64,000 nt of DNA from Macrostomum lignano (GCA_002269645.1 NIVC01000450.1:82640-146639); one strand, 5' to 3'. Counted from the first letter of the stretch, positions 1 through 12,135 are shown. Notes: generated by a model from the letters alone, not told the origin. Numbers and translations: made by a program.

Positions 1-107
1 ACAAACCAACCCCACACAACCCAACCCTAAAAAATCTCTAATCCAAAACAACTCAAACCCCACACAACTCCAGTCCTAAATAACCCCAACCCCAAACAAC
101 CACACAG

Positions 108-3100
108 GACATCCGGGGCATGGTGGAGCGCGGTCTGGTCACGTACGGCGTCACCGCGGGCTGCCAGCCCCGTTGCCTGGACAACCCCTGCCTTAACCGA
201 GGCGAATGCGTCGAGTACTACTCTCACTACTACTGTGAGTGCGGCCTGACCCCCTACCGGGGTTACATCTGCGGCAGGGAGGTCGGAGCCACCTTCAAGT
301 CCAGCTCCGACCAGATCAGCATCGACTATTCGCAAAAATCCGCCGCAAAAGGAATCAACACGGTGGATGAATACATTCAAGTTGGATTTAAAACTCGGTC
401 GAAGCTCGGAATTCTGATGCAGATTCGGAATCCCGATATACCCGAAAATAATCCCATTGAAGGGCCGAGGTTCGTATTCTTCTGCAGTTTAGTTAACATT
501 GATTCATTTCCAAGGGTTAGTTTATCAAGCTCGACAAACACTTCTCAAAGTCGACACTTCTCAAGCTCGACACTTCTCAAGTCAAGCTCGACACTTCTCA
601 AGTCAAGCTCGACACTTCTCAAGTCAAGCTCGACACTTCTCAAGTCAAGCTCGACACTTCTCAAGTCAAGCTCGACACTTCTCAAGTCAAGCTCGACACT
701 TCTCAAGTCAAGCTCGACACTTCTCAAGTCAAGCTCGACACTTCTCAAGTCAAGCTCAACACTTCTCAAGTCAAGCTCGAAGCTTCTCAAACTCGACACT
801 TCTCAAGTCAAGCTCGACACTTCTCAAGTCAAGCTCGACACTTCTCAAAACTCGACACTTCTCAAAGCTTGACACTTCTCAAACTCGAAGAGTAAAAATT
901 GTTGATAATTAAATGAATTTCATTCATGCCGCTTCATATTACTAAGAGTAGGTGAAATATAAACAAACTAAACAAAACACATATTTTAGTAAGGAAACTT
1001 AACAACCCGCAGTGAGTCAATCATTGTTCGTTTAAACAATGCCGGCGGCATCACGGTGGAAATCAATGTCGGATTCCGCTGGCACGAGGTGACAACCAGC
1101 GGGCTGGACGTGGATCTGGCTAACGATCAGCATCACACGGTTATTGTGTACAGGACTAAGGCTGGCAGGCAGGTGAGCTTCGGGCATAGGGGGGGATGCA
1201 TGGCCACTTTATTATGGCTGTATTTATTGCCAGTATTTAGGGTAACACGGAGAGAGTGGAGGGAGCGGGTGAGAGGGAGAAATTAACAGGGAGAGGGTGA
1301 GGGTTAGAGTGAGAGGGTGAGAGTGAGGGGAAAGGGAGAGAAAGACGGGGAGAATGTGAGAGGAACATGGAGGGAGGGGCAGGGAGAGAGTGACAGAGAG
1401 TGAAGGGCAGAGAGAGAGTGAAGGGCAGGGAGAGAGTGACAGGGAGAGAGTGAAGGGCAGGGAGAGAGTGACAGGGAGAGAGTGACAGGGAGAGAGTGAC
1501 AGGGAGAGAGTGACAGGGAGAGAGTGACAGGGAGAGAGTGACAGGGAGAGAGTGACAGGGAGAGAGTGACAGGGAGAGAGTGACAGGGAGAGAGTGACAG
1601 GGAGAGAGTGACAGGGAGAGAGTGACAGGGAGAGAGTGACAGGGAGAGAGTGACAGGGAGAGAGTGACAGGGAGAGAGTGACAGGGAGAGAGTGACAGGG
1701 AGAGAGTGACAGGGAGAGAGTGACAGGGAGAGAGTGACAGGGAGAGAGTGACAGGGAAAGAGTGACAGGGAAAGAGTGAAGGGCAGGGAGAGAGTGACAG
1801 GGAGAGAGTGACAGGGAGAGAGTGACAGGGAGAGAGTGACAGGGAGAGAGTGACAGGGAAAGAGTGACAGGGAAAGAGTGAAGGGCAGGGAGAGAGTGAC
1901 AGGGAGAGAGTGACAGGGAGAGAGTGACAGGGAGAGAGTGACAGGGAGAGAGTGACAGGGAGAGAGTGACAGGGAGAGAGTGACAGGGAGAGAGTGACAG
2001 GGAGAGAGTGACAGGGAGAGAGTGACAGGGAGAGAGTGACAGGGAGAGAGTGACAGGGAGAGAGTGACAGGGAGAGAGTGACAGGGAGAGAGTGACAGGG
2101 AGAGAGTGACAGGGAGAGAGTGACAGAGAGAGACGGAGAGGAAGAGACGGACAGGGAAACGGGGAAAGCTAGAGTATATTCAAGTAAACCAATAAAATAA
2201 TCGCCCCTTTCCACTCGCACAGGTGAACATCAAGATAGACGACTACCCAGTGCAGTTCCACGACTTCTCGCCCATCCTGCACGAGACCTCGGACACTCGG
2301 CTGGACAACCCGGCCAGAATCTACATCGGCAGAAACAGCAGCATGCCTGCAGGATTCGAGGGCTGCATCTACAGGGCTCAGTTCAACAACTTCTTTCCGT
2401 TAAAGGCCGCGTTTCAGGAGCCAGCAAATGAGAGGGTGGCTGTGTCCTCCGGAGTTAAGGAGGACTATTGCGGGAATGAGGAGGTGAGAGGATTTAGCCT
2501 TGAATGCTTCAGGATAGTCCTCAATGCTTCAGGGATAGTCCTCAATGCTTCAGGGATAGCCTTAAATGCTTCAGGGGTAGTCCTCAATGCTTCAGGGATA
2601 GTCCTCAATGCTTCAGGATAGTCCTCAATGCTTCAGGGATAGTCCTAAATACTTCAGGGATAGTCCTCAATGCTTCAGGATAGTCCTAAATACTTCAGGA
2701 TAGTCCTAAATACTTCAGGATAGTCCTCAATGCTTCAGGATAGTCCTCAATGCTTCAGGGATAGTCCTCAATGCTTCAGGATAGTCCTCAATGCTTCAGG
2801 GATAGTCCTAAATGCTTCAGGATAGTCTTCAATGCTTCAGGGATAGTCCTCAATGCTTCAGGATAGTCCTCAATGCTTCAGGATAGTCCTCAATGCTTCA
2901 GGATAGTCCTCAATGCTTCAGGATAGTCCTCAATGCTTCAGGGATAGTCCTCAATGCTTCAGGGATAGCCTTAAATGCTTCAGGGGTAGTCCTCAATGCT
3001 TCAGGGATAGTCCTCAATGCTTCAGGATAGTCCTAAATGCTTCAGGATAGTCCTCAATGCTTCAGGGATAGTCCTAAATACTTCAGGGATAGTCCTCAAT

Positions 3101-4207
3101 GCTTCAGGATAGTCCTAAATACTTCAGGATAGTTCTAAATACTTTAGGATAGTCCTCAATGCTTCAGGATAGTCCTCAATGCTTCAGGGATAGTCCTCAA
3201 TGCTTCAGGATAGTCCTCAATGCTTCAGGGATAGTCCTAAATGCTTCAGGATAGTCTTCAATGCTTCAGGGATAGTCCTCAATGCTTCAGGATAGTCCTC
3301 AATGCTTCAGGATAGTCCTCAATGCTTCAGGGATAGTCCTAAATGCTTCAGGATAGTCTTCAATGCTTCAGGGATAGTCCTCAATGCTTCAGGATAGTCC
3401 TCAATGCTTCAGGATAGTCCTCAATGCTTCAGGATAGTCCTCAATGCTTCAGGGATAGTCCTCAATGCTTCAGGATAGTCCTCAATGCTTCAGGGATAGT
3501 CCTCAATGCTTCAGGATAGTCCTCAATGCTTCAGGGATAGTCCTCAATGCTTCAGGATAGTCCTAAATACTTCAGGGGTAGTCCTCAATGCTTCAATTCT
3601 GTGATTTCTTCAGGATAGTCTATGATTGCTTCACGATAGTCCGTGATTTTACTTCAGGATAGTCTGTGATGTTGCTTCAGGATAGTCTGTGATGTTGCTT
3701 CAGGATAGACTGTGCTGTTGCTTCAGGATAGTCTGTGTTGTTGCTTCAGGATAGACTGTGCTGTTGCTTCAGGATAGTCTGTGCTGTTGCTTCAGGATAG
3801 TCTGTGATGTTGTTTCAGGATAGTCTGTGATGTTGCTTCAGGATAGTCTGTGATTTCGTTATCCTTTCATGCAATGGCAACCCCAACACCCGATTCAGGT
3901 GCTGCCCATCGCAGACCCGGCAGAAATCCGTCCCTACCCGACCATCCCGCCAAACCTGTCCTTTGTCCGACCGGAAGAGATCCAACAGCGCAACCAGACA
4001 ATCGTGGTGCTGGTCTCAATCAGCTGTTTCGCCCTGCTCACACTGCTATTCGTTGCCTGCTTCATGCGCAATTACACCTTCGAGCGGGGCGACTACGAGA
4101 CCAAGGAGGCTGGCGACGGGATCCTAGATGAAGATGATGCTGATGCAGCGCTTCAACGACAAGGCGGAGCTCTGCCAGCGGTTCGCGGCAAAGAGTGGTG
4201 GCTGTGA
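108..4207 (+). CDS. Nrx-IV: Neurexin IV / contactin-associated protein (Caspr/CNTNAP)-like, 3' part: EGF, last laminin-G domain, transmembrane helix, 4.1-binding motif, PDZ-binding tail. Coding exons 108-469, 1013-1172, 2223-2483, 3899-4207; 5' exons lie upstream of the window
   Basis: Phase-consistent AG/GT junctions join the four exons into one frame. EGF motif CLDNPCLNRGECVEYYSHYYCECGLTPYRGYICG; LamG features (GFKTRSKLGILMQI, LANDQHHTVIV, FEGCIYRAQFN); hydrophobic TM IVVLVSISCFALLTLLFVACFM; juxtamembrane ERGDYETKEA...DADAAL resembles the Caspr2/glycophorin band-4.1 motif; ends KEWWL-stop. Confidence 0.88.
525..890 (+). repeat. 21-bp minisatellite (TCAAGCTCGACACTTCTCAAG) in intron of Nrx-IV-like gene
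   Basis: Direct tandem copies; explains the 7-aa periodic ORFs (KSSSTLL, SSQARHF). Confidence 0.95.
1385..2130 (+). repeat. 14-bp purine-rich minisatellite (GGGAGAGAGTGACA)n
   Basis: Near-perfect tandem array inside intron 1173-2222. Confidence 0.95.
2505..3852 (+). repeat. 20/21-bp minisatellite (ATAGTCCTCAATGCTTCAGG[G]) grading into a related 23-bp unit (ATAGTCTGTGATGTTGCTTCAGG)
   Basis: Tandem copies fill intron 2484-3898; both units share the CTTCAGGATAGTC core. Confidence 0.95.
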
Positions 4208-4767
4208 ACTCAGAACCTAAATGAATGTTTGGACCCCTGCCAAGTTTATTTAAAGTTCTACTCGAAATCTGATAAATTTCTTCGATAAAAACGTCTTTTT
4301 GATTGATAAAGTGGTACAAAACGGTATTTCTCTGAATCAGTCCAATCGCCATGTTGAAATTCCATGGCTCACACTTGCAAGTGCAATATTTTTCCATTTT
4401 TTGTTGTGTCCAATTTTTGCAACCAATTTTTTGCCAAGCTTTAAACTTAGCTATGCTTTGCTTCCTCCTAATCTGATTTTTGATTTTGTAGTCCATTATT
4501 GTTTTTGTATCATGATTATATACAATTGCACATTTTTACAGACTGCGCACGCCCGACAAATCGACTGTACAATCAGATTTATTGTTTGAAAGCATCTTTC
4601 AACTTTTTGCAATCAAGACATTTTTAGCAATGAAAAATTACATTTAAGACATAATTGAATCAACTTTTGTCAATTGCTATCTCATGAATTTGAATTGGAT
4701 TGTGAATTTATTTGTCCTTAATACGAATTGGTACAAAAGTATATTAATTATTATGCTATGTGGGTTC

Positions 4768-7210
4768 ACAGCTGCCCCACTCAGTGACCTCTCCGCTGCC
4801 TCACTCAGTGACCTCTCCGCTGCCTCACTCAGTGACCCCTCCGCTACGACCACTCGTGACCTCTCCGCTTCCTCACTCAGTGACCTCTCCGCTGCCTCAC
4901 TCAGTGACCTCTCCGCTTCCTCACTCAGTGACCTCTCCGCTACGACCACTCAGTGACCTCTCCGCTGCCTCCTTGAGTGAACTATCCGCTGCCTCACTCA
5001 GTGACCTCTCCGCTACGACCACTCGTGACCTCTCCGCTACGACCACTCAGTGACCTCTCCGCTACGACCACTCAGTGACCTCTCCGCTACCTCCTTGAGT
5101 GAACTATCCGCTGCCTCACTCGGTGACCTCTCCGCTGCCTCACTCGGTGACCTCTCCGCTGCCTCACTCAGTGACCTCTCCGCTGCCTCACTCAGTGACC
5201 CCTCCGCTACGACCACTCAGTGACCTCTCCGCTGCCTCCTTGAGTGAACTATCCGCTGCCTCACTCAGTGACCTCTCCGCTGCCTCACTCAGTGATCTCT
5301 CCGCTGCCTCACTCAGTGACCTCTCCGCTGCCTCACTCAGTGACCTCTTCGCTGCCTCACTCAGTGACCCCTCCGCTACGACCACTCAGTGACCTCTCCG
5401 CTGCCTCCTTGAGTGAACTATCCGCTGCCTCACTCAGTGACCTCTCCGCTGCCTCACTCAGTGACCCCTCCGCTACGACCACTCGTGACCTCTCCGCTTC
5501 CTCACTCAGTGACCTCTCCGCTGCCTCACTCAGTGACCTCTCCACTACGACCACTCGTGACCTCTCCGCTGCCTCACTCAGTGACCTCTCCGCTACGACC
5601 ACTCGTGACCTCTCCGCTGCCTCACTCAGTGACCTCTCCGCTACGACCACTCGTGACCTCTCCGCTACGACCACTCGTGACCTCTCCGCTACGACCACTC
5701 AGTGACCTCTCCGCTACGACCACTCAGTGACCTCTCCGCTGCCTCCTTGAGTGAACTATCCGCTGCCTCACTCGGTGACCTCTCCGCTGCCTCACTCGGT
5801 GACCTCTCCGCTGCCTCACTCAGTGACCTCTCCGCTACGACCACTCGTGACCTCTCCGCTACGACCACTCAGTGACCTCTCCGCTACGACCACTCGTGAC
5901 CTCTCCGCTACGACCACTCAGTGACCTCTCCGCTACGACCACTCAGTGACCTCTCCGCTGCCTCCTTGAGTGAACTATCCGCTGCCTCACTCGGTGACCT
6001 CTCCGCTGCCTCACTCGGTGACCTCTCCGCTGCCTCACTCAGTGACCTCTCCACTGCCTCACTCAGTGACCCCTCCGCTACGACCACTCAGTGACCTCTC
6101 CGCTGCCTCCTTGAGTGAACTATCCGCTGCCTCACTCAGTGACCTCTCCGCTGCCTCACTCAGTGATCTCTCCGCTGCCTCACTCAGTGACCTCTCCGCT
6201 GCCTCACTCAGTGACCTCTTCGCTGCCTCACTCAGTGACCCCTCCGCTACGACCACTCAGTGACCTCTCCGCTGCCTCCTTGAGTGAACTATCCGCTGCC
6301 TCACTCAGTGACCTCTCCGCTGCCTCACTCAGTGACCCCTCCGCTACGACCACTCGTGACCTCTCCGCTTCCTCACTCAGTGACCTCTCCGCTGCCTCAC
6401 TCAGTGACCTCTCCGCTACGACCACTCGTGACCTCTCCGCTGCCTCACTCAGTGACCTCTCCGCTGCCTCACTCAGTGACCTGACCGCTGCCCCACTCAG
6501 TGACCTGACCGCTGCCCCACTCAGTGACCCCTCCGCTGCCCCACTCAGTGACCTCTCCGCTGCCTCACTCAGTGACCTCTCCTCTGCCTCACTCAGTGAC
6601 CTCTCCGCTGCCTCACTCAGTGACCTCTCCGCTGCCTCACTCAGTGACCTCTCCGCTGCCTCACTCAGTGACCTCTTCGCTGCCTCACTCAGTGACCCCT
6701 CCGCTACGACCACTCAGTGACCTCTCCGCTGCCTCCTTGAGTGAACTATCCGCTGCCTCACTCAGTGACCTCTCCGCTGCCTCACTCAGTGACCCCTCCG
6801 CTACGACCACTCGTGACCTCTCCGCTTCCTCACTCAGTGACCTCTCCGCTGCCTCACTCAGTGACCTCTCCGCTACGACCACTCGTGACCTCTCCGCTGC
6901 CTCACTCAGTGACCTCTCCGCTGCCTCACTCAGTGACCTGACCGCTGCCCCACTCAGTGACCTGACCGCTGCCCCACTCAGTGACCCCTCCGCTGCCCCA
7001 CTCAGTGACCTCTCCGCTGCCTCACTCAGTGACCTCTCCTCTGCCTCACTCAGTGACCTCTCCGCTGCCTCACTCAGTGACCTCTCCGCTGCCTCACTCA
7101 GTGACCTCTCCGCTACGACCACTCAGTGACCTCTCCGCTGCCTCACTCAGTGACCTCTCCGCTGCCCCACTCAGTGACCTCTCCGCTTCCTCACTCAGTG
7201 CCTCTCCGCT
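4768..7210 (+). repeat. 24-bp satellite (CACTCAGTGACCTCTCCGCTGCCT) with variant units and higher-order blocks
   Basis: About 2.4 kb of tandem units; blocks recur (5099-5392 and 5970-6263 give identical ORF translations). Confidence 0.95.
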
Positions 7211-8487
7211 GCTGACAGCCTTCCCCATAAGTCTTTTATGATTGACACGGCGATTATTCTATGAGTTGTTCTATGATTGAACCCCAACTCTAACCCCAAA
7301 ACTGACCCTAAACCCTACTCCTAACACCATGGGTGATTCTTAGCATCTTAGCGATTTCCCCATAAGCCTTTAAAGATTAGGTAAATGATTTAGCAGACTA
7401 CTACGAGCGTAATTTTAATTTCAATTAAGATAAGTTCTCCCCTTTGCAGCGTCCACAAAAACTGAACGCACCAGGAAAACTTTTAGTCAGCCCCAACAGG
7501 ATCGGTGTTAAATATCAGAGTTTGCAGTTGCCAATAATAATAAATAATAAATAATAAATGTTTGCATGTCGCACCAACCCAATGCTGGATGCCAACTCTC
7601 ATAACTAAAGCAGCTGCTACATGTAGATTGCTTCTTTGAGTTTTACAACCTGGTCTAAATTATGCTCAAATCATAAAGCCTAACCTGCCTGGGTTTGGAT
7701 TGGGAACAACTAACTCTAACGGAATTTGCACGAGTTTAGCTACAATTCTGTATAAAACTGTATGGGCACCAACTGCAGTATCCAGATTCATTGTCAATTG
7801 ACCTAGCAACTAAAACTAAAACTAAAACTGAAACTAAAAATAAACTCAGCAACATCAAAGACTCGCCATCACAGAAGATTCCGTCTGTGGTCGTCATTTT
7901 TGAGAGTGCAGGTAAAGTCTCTCTCAATCTTTGCGAGTGACGCAGGTTCGACGATAGGTTCGATTCCTAGCTTGCTCATGAAATTTTGGCCCTGAGAAGC
8001 TTTTACCTCATGAAAAAATTGTCAACTCGTGAAATCGTCATCTAGTGGACAAGAATATGCAAATTTTTAGTTTTGGCCCAGATTTTCTTGAGTACCGTCA
8101 ATATTTCGTCTAGTTAAACAAAGCAGTCAAGCTTTATTAAACCCGGGAGTACTGTCACTTATTTGAGAACCTTCATCAACCTGCCTTAAGCTGTCTCATC
8201 AACACCGGAAATTTTCTTCAGCATGCAGAGCAAACTTGAATAATGGGAAAGTTTTGTGTTGCGTTGTGTTGAGATCGATAACTCTTTGGGTAAATATAGA
8301 GCAGAATTTGCAAAAATGGTAGGCATGACTCAAGATTTACTCTGGCAAGCATCTTTCTTTGCTTCTGATTTTCTGCGTTGCTTTTTCCCATGTCTACAAT
8401 AATTCAGGCTTCTTCTGCTGAGATTTGACTATCGATTGATGACATTGTTGATTCGTAAGCTGGAATGATAAAAAAAAGGCTGTTATT

Positions 8488-8678
8488 GGGGTTGTAGCCT
8501 AGTGGTTAGAGCGTTAGATTCCCGACTGAAAGGTCGGGGGTTCGATTCATTGTGCCATTGAGCAAGACACTTTGGGTGCCTGCATTAGCTGGGGTAATTG
8601 AGGGTGTGTGTGGCGACCCCCCCCCCCCAGTCCTTGGACTGAACAGCCGTACGCAGCCTTCAGATGCGCCGCGCAATA
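8488..8678 (+). mobile_element. tRNA-derived SINE (family A), internally deleted copy
   Basis: Head GGGGTTGTAGCCTAGTGGTTAGAGCG...GGTTCGATTC with Pol III A and B boxes, then TGTGCCATTGAGCAAGACACTT; 3' part near-identical to the copy at 21128-21360 (-). Confidence 0.85.
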
Positions 8679-9049
8679 GCTGCGGCTGAGCTGTCGGTAA
8701 CACATCTGCATGGTGTACTCAATTAATATTTTTCACCGTAAGAAAGCGTGGCTTCAGACTGTGTCAATATAAGCTTTATAGTTATTTGATACCCAGCACA
8801 AGCCGGAAATCATGAGAATTTTGCTGATCAAACATTGCATAAGCTCGTACCTATCTATGATATGGTATTATTGAGGGCTCCTTTATTCAATGGTTATTAA
8901 AAAAAATTTCACTAAAAAATTTCCAGAAAAATTCCTATATTATTTTTGGTATCGATATTGTTAGTACTAACTGTTCGAACACATTTTACCACTCATCACA
9001 TTCACTTATTTTGGCACCACATTCATTCATTCATACAGTCATTCATTTT

Positions 9050-9560
9050 GGTGCCACAGTCACTCATTTCAGTGCCACAGTCACCCATTTTTGTGCCACA
9101 GTCACTCATTTTAGTGCCACAGTCACTCATTCTTGTGCCACAGTCACCCATTTTTGTGCCCAGTCACCCCCCATTTTGGCGCCCAAAAAGCGTTTAGTTC
9201 TAGTGAATCTATTCATAGTTGTTGCAAGACTATACTCGTATTTGAGAGCCAGTATAAAAAGTCACTCATTTCAGTGCCACAGTCACCCATTTCAGTGCCA
9301 CAGTCACCCATTTTTGTGCCACAGTCACTCATTTCAGTGCCACAGTCACTCATTTTTGTGCTAAAGTCACTCATTTCAGTGCCACAGTCACCCATTTTAG
9401 TGCACAGTCACTCATTTCAGTGCCACAGTCACCCATTTTTGTGCTAAAGTCACTCATTTTTGTGCACAGTCACCCCCCATTTTGGCGCCCAGAAAGCGTT
9501 TAGTTCTATTGAATCCATTCATAGTTGTTGCAAGACTATACTCGTATTTGAGAGTCAGCA
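9050..9560 (+). repeat. 21-bp minisatellite (GTGCCACAGTCACTCATTT..) in two blocks, each followed by the same ~90-bp unique segment
   Basis: Tandem units; the segment CCCCCATTTTGGCGCCCA..AAAGCGTTTAGTTCTA..CAAGACTATACTCGTATTTGAGAG occurs at ~9168-9250 and ~9474-9555. Confidence 0.9.
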
Positions 9561-9754
9561 TAAAAAATCACTCATTGATATAGTTTTTTGGTAGACTTTG
9601 GTCTTAACCAATTGCAATGAATCAAGGTTCATTTTATTTAAAATTCAAACTTTTTTATCTCAGTGACTCGATTTTAAATTGAAGTCTCATTAGTACTCAG
9701 AGTTATATCGATCGACAGCAGGCTCATGTCATCCCAAGTCAAACGCGTTCTCCC

Positions 9755-10519
9755 TCAGCTGCGCACGAACAGAGTCCAGTTGGGTCCGGTCAGGCTGGCC
9801 GGTGGCTGGGCGAACGCCAGCAGGTGGCAGGCGAGCAGCCGCTGGGAGAAAACGGCAGCCTGACAGTCGGCTCTGGCGCTGCACTGAAGCAGGCAGTCAG
9901 CGTCAGACTGGGCAGCGGCCGGCCAGGACAAGGTCTTGCTGGTGGTCACTTCAGGGAATTCCGGTTGCTTCACGATGTTGTAGATGTTCTTGTCTGAAGC
10001 GGATGTTGTCTTTAACAGAAATTATGTGGAATACGAGTATTGCCGTATATAGTTAAATATTAAGTTCAACTTATTCGGATAGATTAAAGCAAACACCGAG
10101 TTGATGGCGAAGCCTCCGCAAGTCTGCGAAGGGTTTCCGGCGCAGTTCTTGTTGCACTTGCTCTCGTCGAGCTTTCCATGCAAGCCATAGGTTGTGCCGC
10201 AGAAGCAGTACTTAATGTTCTGCACTGCAAAGTAGGGAAAGCCGCCTAGAGAGCAGACATCGCTGCAAAACTCCAGTGACATGTTGTCAGGATCGCCTAT
10301 TATCCCGATTCTAGCATTAATACTGTACGGCCCCAGCTGGCTCAGTCCCTTCAGACCGGTCAAGTCTCTGTTCGAGTTGTCACCGTCTTGGTAGCAACCA
10401 ACATATGAGATCTTAGCAACCCTGGCAACAGCGCAGGTCACAATAACGCACAGAAATGTCGAATGAAACAGGGAAATATGCATTGACAAGCACACAGTTA
10501 TGTTTTTGGCGATTATCAA
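9755..10519 (-). CDS. Secreted WSC-domain + PAN/Apple-domain protein (copy 1); exon 1 10519(or ATG 10483)-10075, exon 2 9993-9755; splice donor appears mutated
   Basis: Signal-peptide-like N-terminus; WSC signature YVGCYQD..MSLEFCSDVC..YFAVQNIKYCFCG..CNKNCAGNPSQTCGG; exon 2 has PAN cysteine pattern DCLLQCSARADCQAAVFSQRLLACHL; collinear with the paralog at 20436-21667. Confidence 0.75.
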
Positions 10520-10699
10520 CCTTTAAGTCTGTTGTTTGAAGAATTTCAGATTTGGGTTTGGATTTTATAACTACTGGAGTACGACCTACTAGAAGCGATG
10601 ATTTTTCAGCTTACTATAACCAATCAGCTTAGATATTCTCACCATTGGCGGAATTTGGTTGGATTATATTTAGACCTTTAGGTAAGATACCAACGTACC

Positions 10700-12135
10700 G
10701 AGTTTTTTTGTGTTTCCGTCTATAGTTTTGGAGTCAGATAATGGTAAATTGTTTCTATGGTTTTGGAGGCAGATAATGGTAGATTGTGTCTTTGGTTTTG
10801 GAGTCAGGTAATGGTAGATTGTGTCTATGGTTTTGGAGTCAGATAATGGTAGATTGTGTCTATGGTTTTGGAGGCAGGTAATGGTGATTGTGTCTATGGT
10901 TTTGTAGGCAGACAATGGTAGATTGTGTCTATGGTTTTGGAGGCAGGTAATGGTAGATTGTGTCTATGGTTTTGGAGGCAGGTAATGGTAGATTGTGTCT
11001 ATGGTTTTGGAGGCAGGTAATGGTAGATTGTGTCTTTGGTTTTGGAGGCAGGTAATGGTAGACTTGACTTACTTGACTTAGCTGCAGGGGGCGTCCAGCG
11101 GATGCAGCGAGGAGGCGGAGGAGACCGCCCATTCCGCTAGCCCCTGGCGACCAACGACTTCCGTTGAAGTGGTGTCGCTCAGGGGGACCCGTCGGTCTCG
11201 CCTGCAGCGCGGTCCTCCTCACCGACGGTGGGGAAGAAATCAGCTCGTCCGGTGTCCCTGAGGTACCGGGCGAGCAGCGGGATGCTCTCGGGCCTGCAAA
11301 CGTCGGAGAGAACCGGGTTTGGCCCGAGGTGAGTAAGCCTGGCCCTGGTGAAAACCGGGCAGTGGCAGATAAAATGCTCGGCGTTTTCACTGCCTGAGCG
11401 GCAGAAGGGGCACCGCTCCTCGGGTACTTGGCCCTGAAGGAAGCGGTGGCGAGAGAAGCAGCCATGCCCGGAGAGGGCCATGCTAACTGCTCTGAGGTCT
11501 CTGCGGTTGAGCCTGAGGAGGGCTCTACGCAGGAGAGGAGAGGGACAGGGGACGGCAGCACGGGATTGCCTACAATTCCGGGTGTCGTGCCACCTGCGGA
11601 GATGCTCGGAGTCAGCCCAGCGCTTAACGCGGGAATTGATCACCGAGGCGGGGATGGGGGCACCCGGGCCCGGCCCCAGCAGCGCGCCGGCGGAGCCAGC
11701 CTTGGCCAGCAGGTCAGCGCGCTCGTTGCCGAGGAAGCCGGCGTGGCCCGGGATCCATCTGAGCTCCACCTGGTTGCCTAGCGCAAGCCCGTTGAGCTGG
11801 GTGTTGCAGTCCAGGACGGACCTGGAGCTGGCGGTGCTGCGGCAGAGGGCCCGAAGGGCCAGGTAATGGTAGATTGTGTCTATGGTTTTGAAGGCAGACA
11901 ACGGTAGATTGTGTCTATGGTTTTGGAGGCAGGTAATGGTAGATTGTGTCTATGGCTTTGGAGTCAGATAATGGTAGATTGTGTCTATGGTTTTGGAGGC
12001 AGGTAATGGTAGATTGTGTCTATGGTTTTGAAGGCAGACAATGGTAGATTGTGTCTATGGTTTTGGAGGCAGGTAATGGTAGATTGTGTCTATGGTTTTG
12101 GAGTCAGATAATGGTAGATTGTGTCTATGGTTTTG
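10700..12135 (+). repeat. 35-bp satellite (GGTAATGGTAGATTGTGTCTATGGTTTTGGAGGCA) split by a LINE insertion
   Basis: Tandem units at ~10700-11062 and ~11860-12135. Confidence 0.93.
11063..11859 (-). mobile_element. 5'-truncated non-LTR retrotransposon (RNase H-bearing LINE, I/R1/LOA-like group): end of ORF2 with RNase H and CCHC zinc knuckle, 3' UTR and short-repeat tail
   Basis: ORF to stop at 11179 has VELRWIPGHAGFLGNERADLLAKAG (RNase H) and CPFCRSGSENAEHFICHCP; 3' tail AAGTCAAGTAAGTCAAGTC; 14-bp TSD CAGGTAATGGTAGA at 11049-11062 and 11860-11873. Confidence 0.9.

Noticed and set aside
1-100. C/A-rich telomere-like sequence (also 7280-7325)
   Set aside because: Only degenerate CCCTAA-like words; 1-107 is intronic and no true (TTAGGG)n array is present.
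4062-4589. ORFs 4062-4496 (-) and 4299-4589 (+)
   Set aside because: Antisense to, or within, the presumed 3' UTR of the Nrx-IV-like gene; AT-rich with no domain signal.
4768-7210. Regularly spaced 24-37-bp repeats as a possible CRISPR array (also the 35-, 32- and 28-bp arrays)
   Set aside because: No unique spacers between units, no cas genes, eukaryotic context.
8488-8560. Possible tRNA genes at the SINE heads (also 21290-21360 and 17170-17242)
   Set aside because: A and B boxes are present, but the acceptor stem is not completed and the sequence continues into shared SINE bodies.
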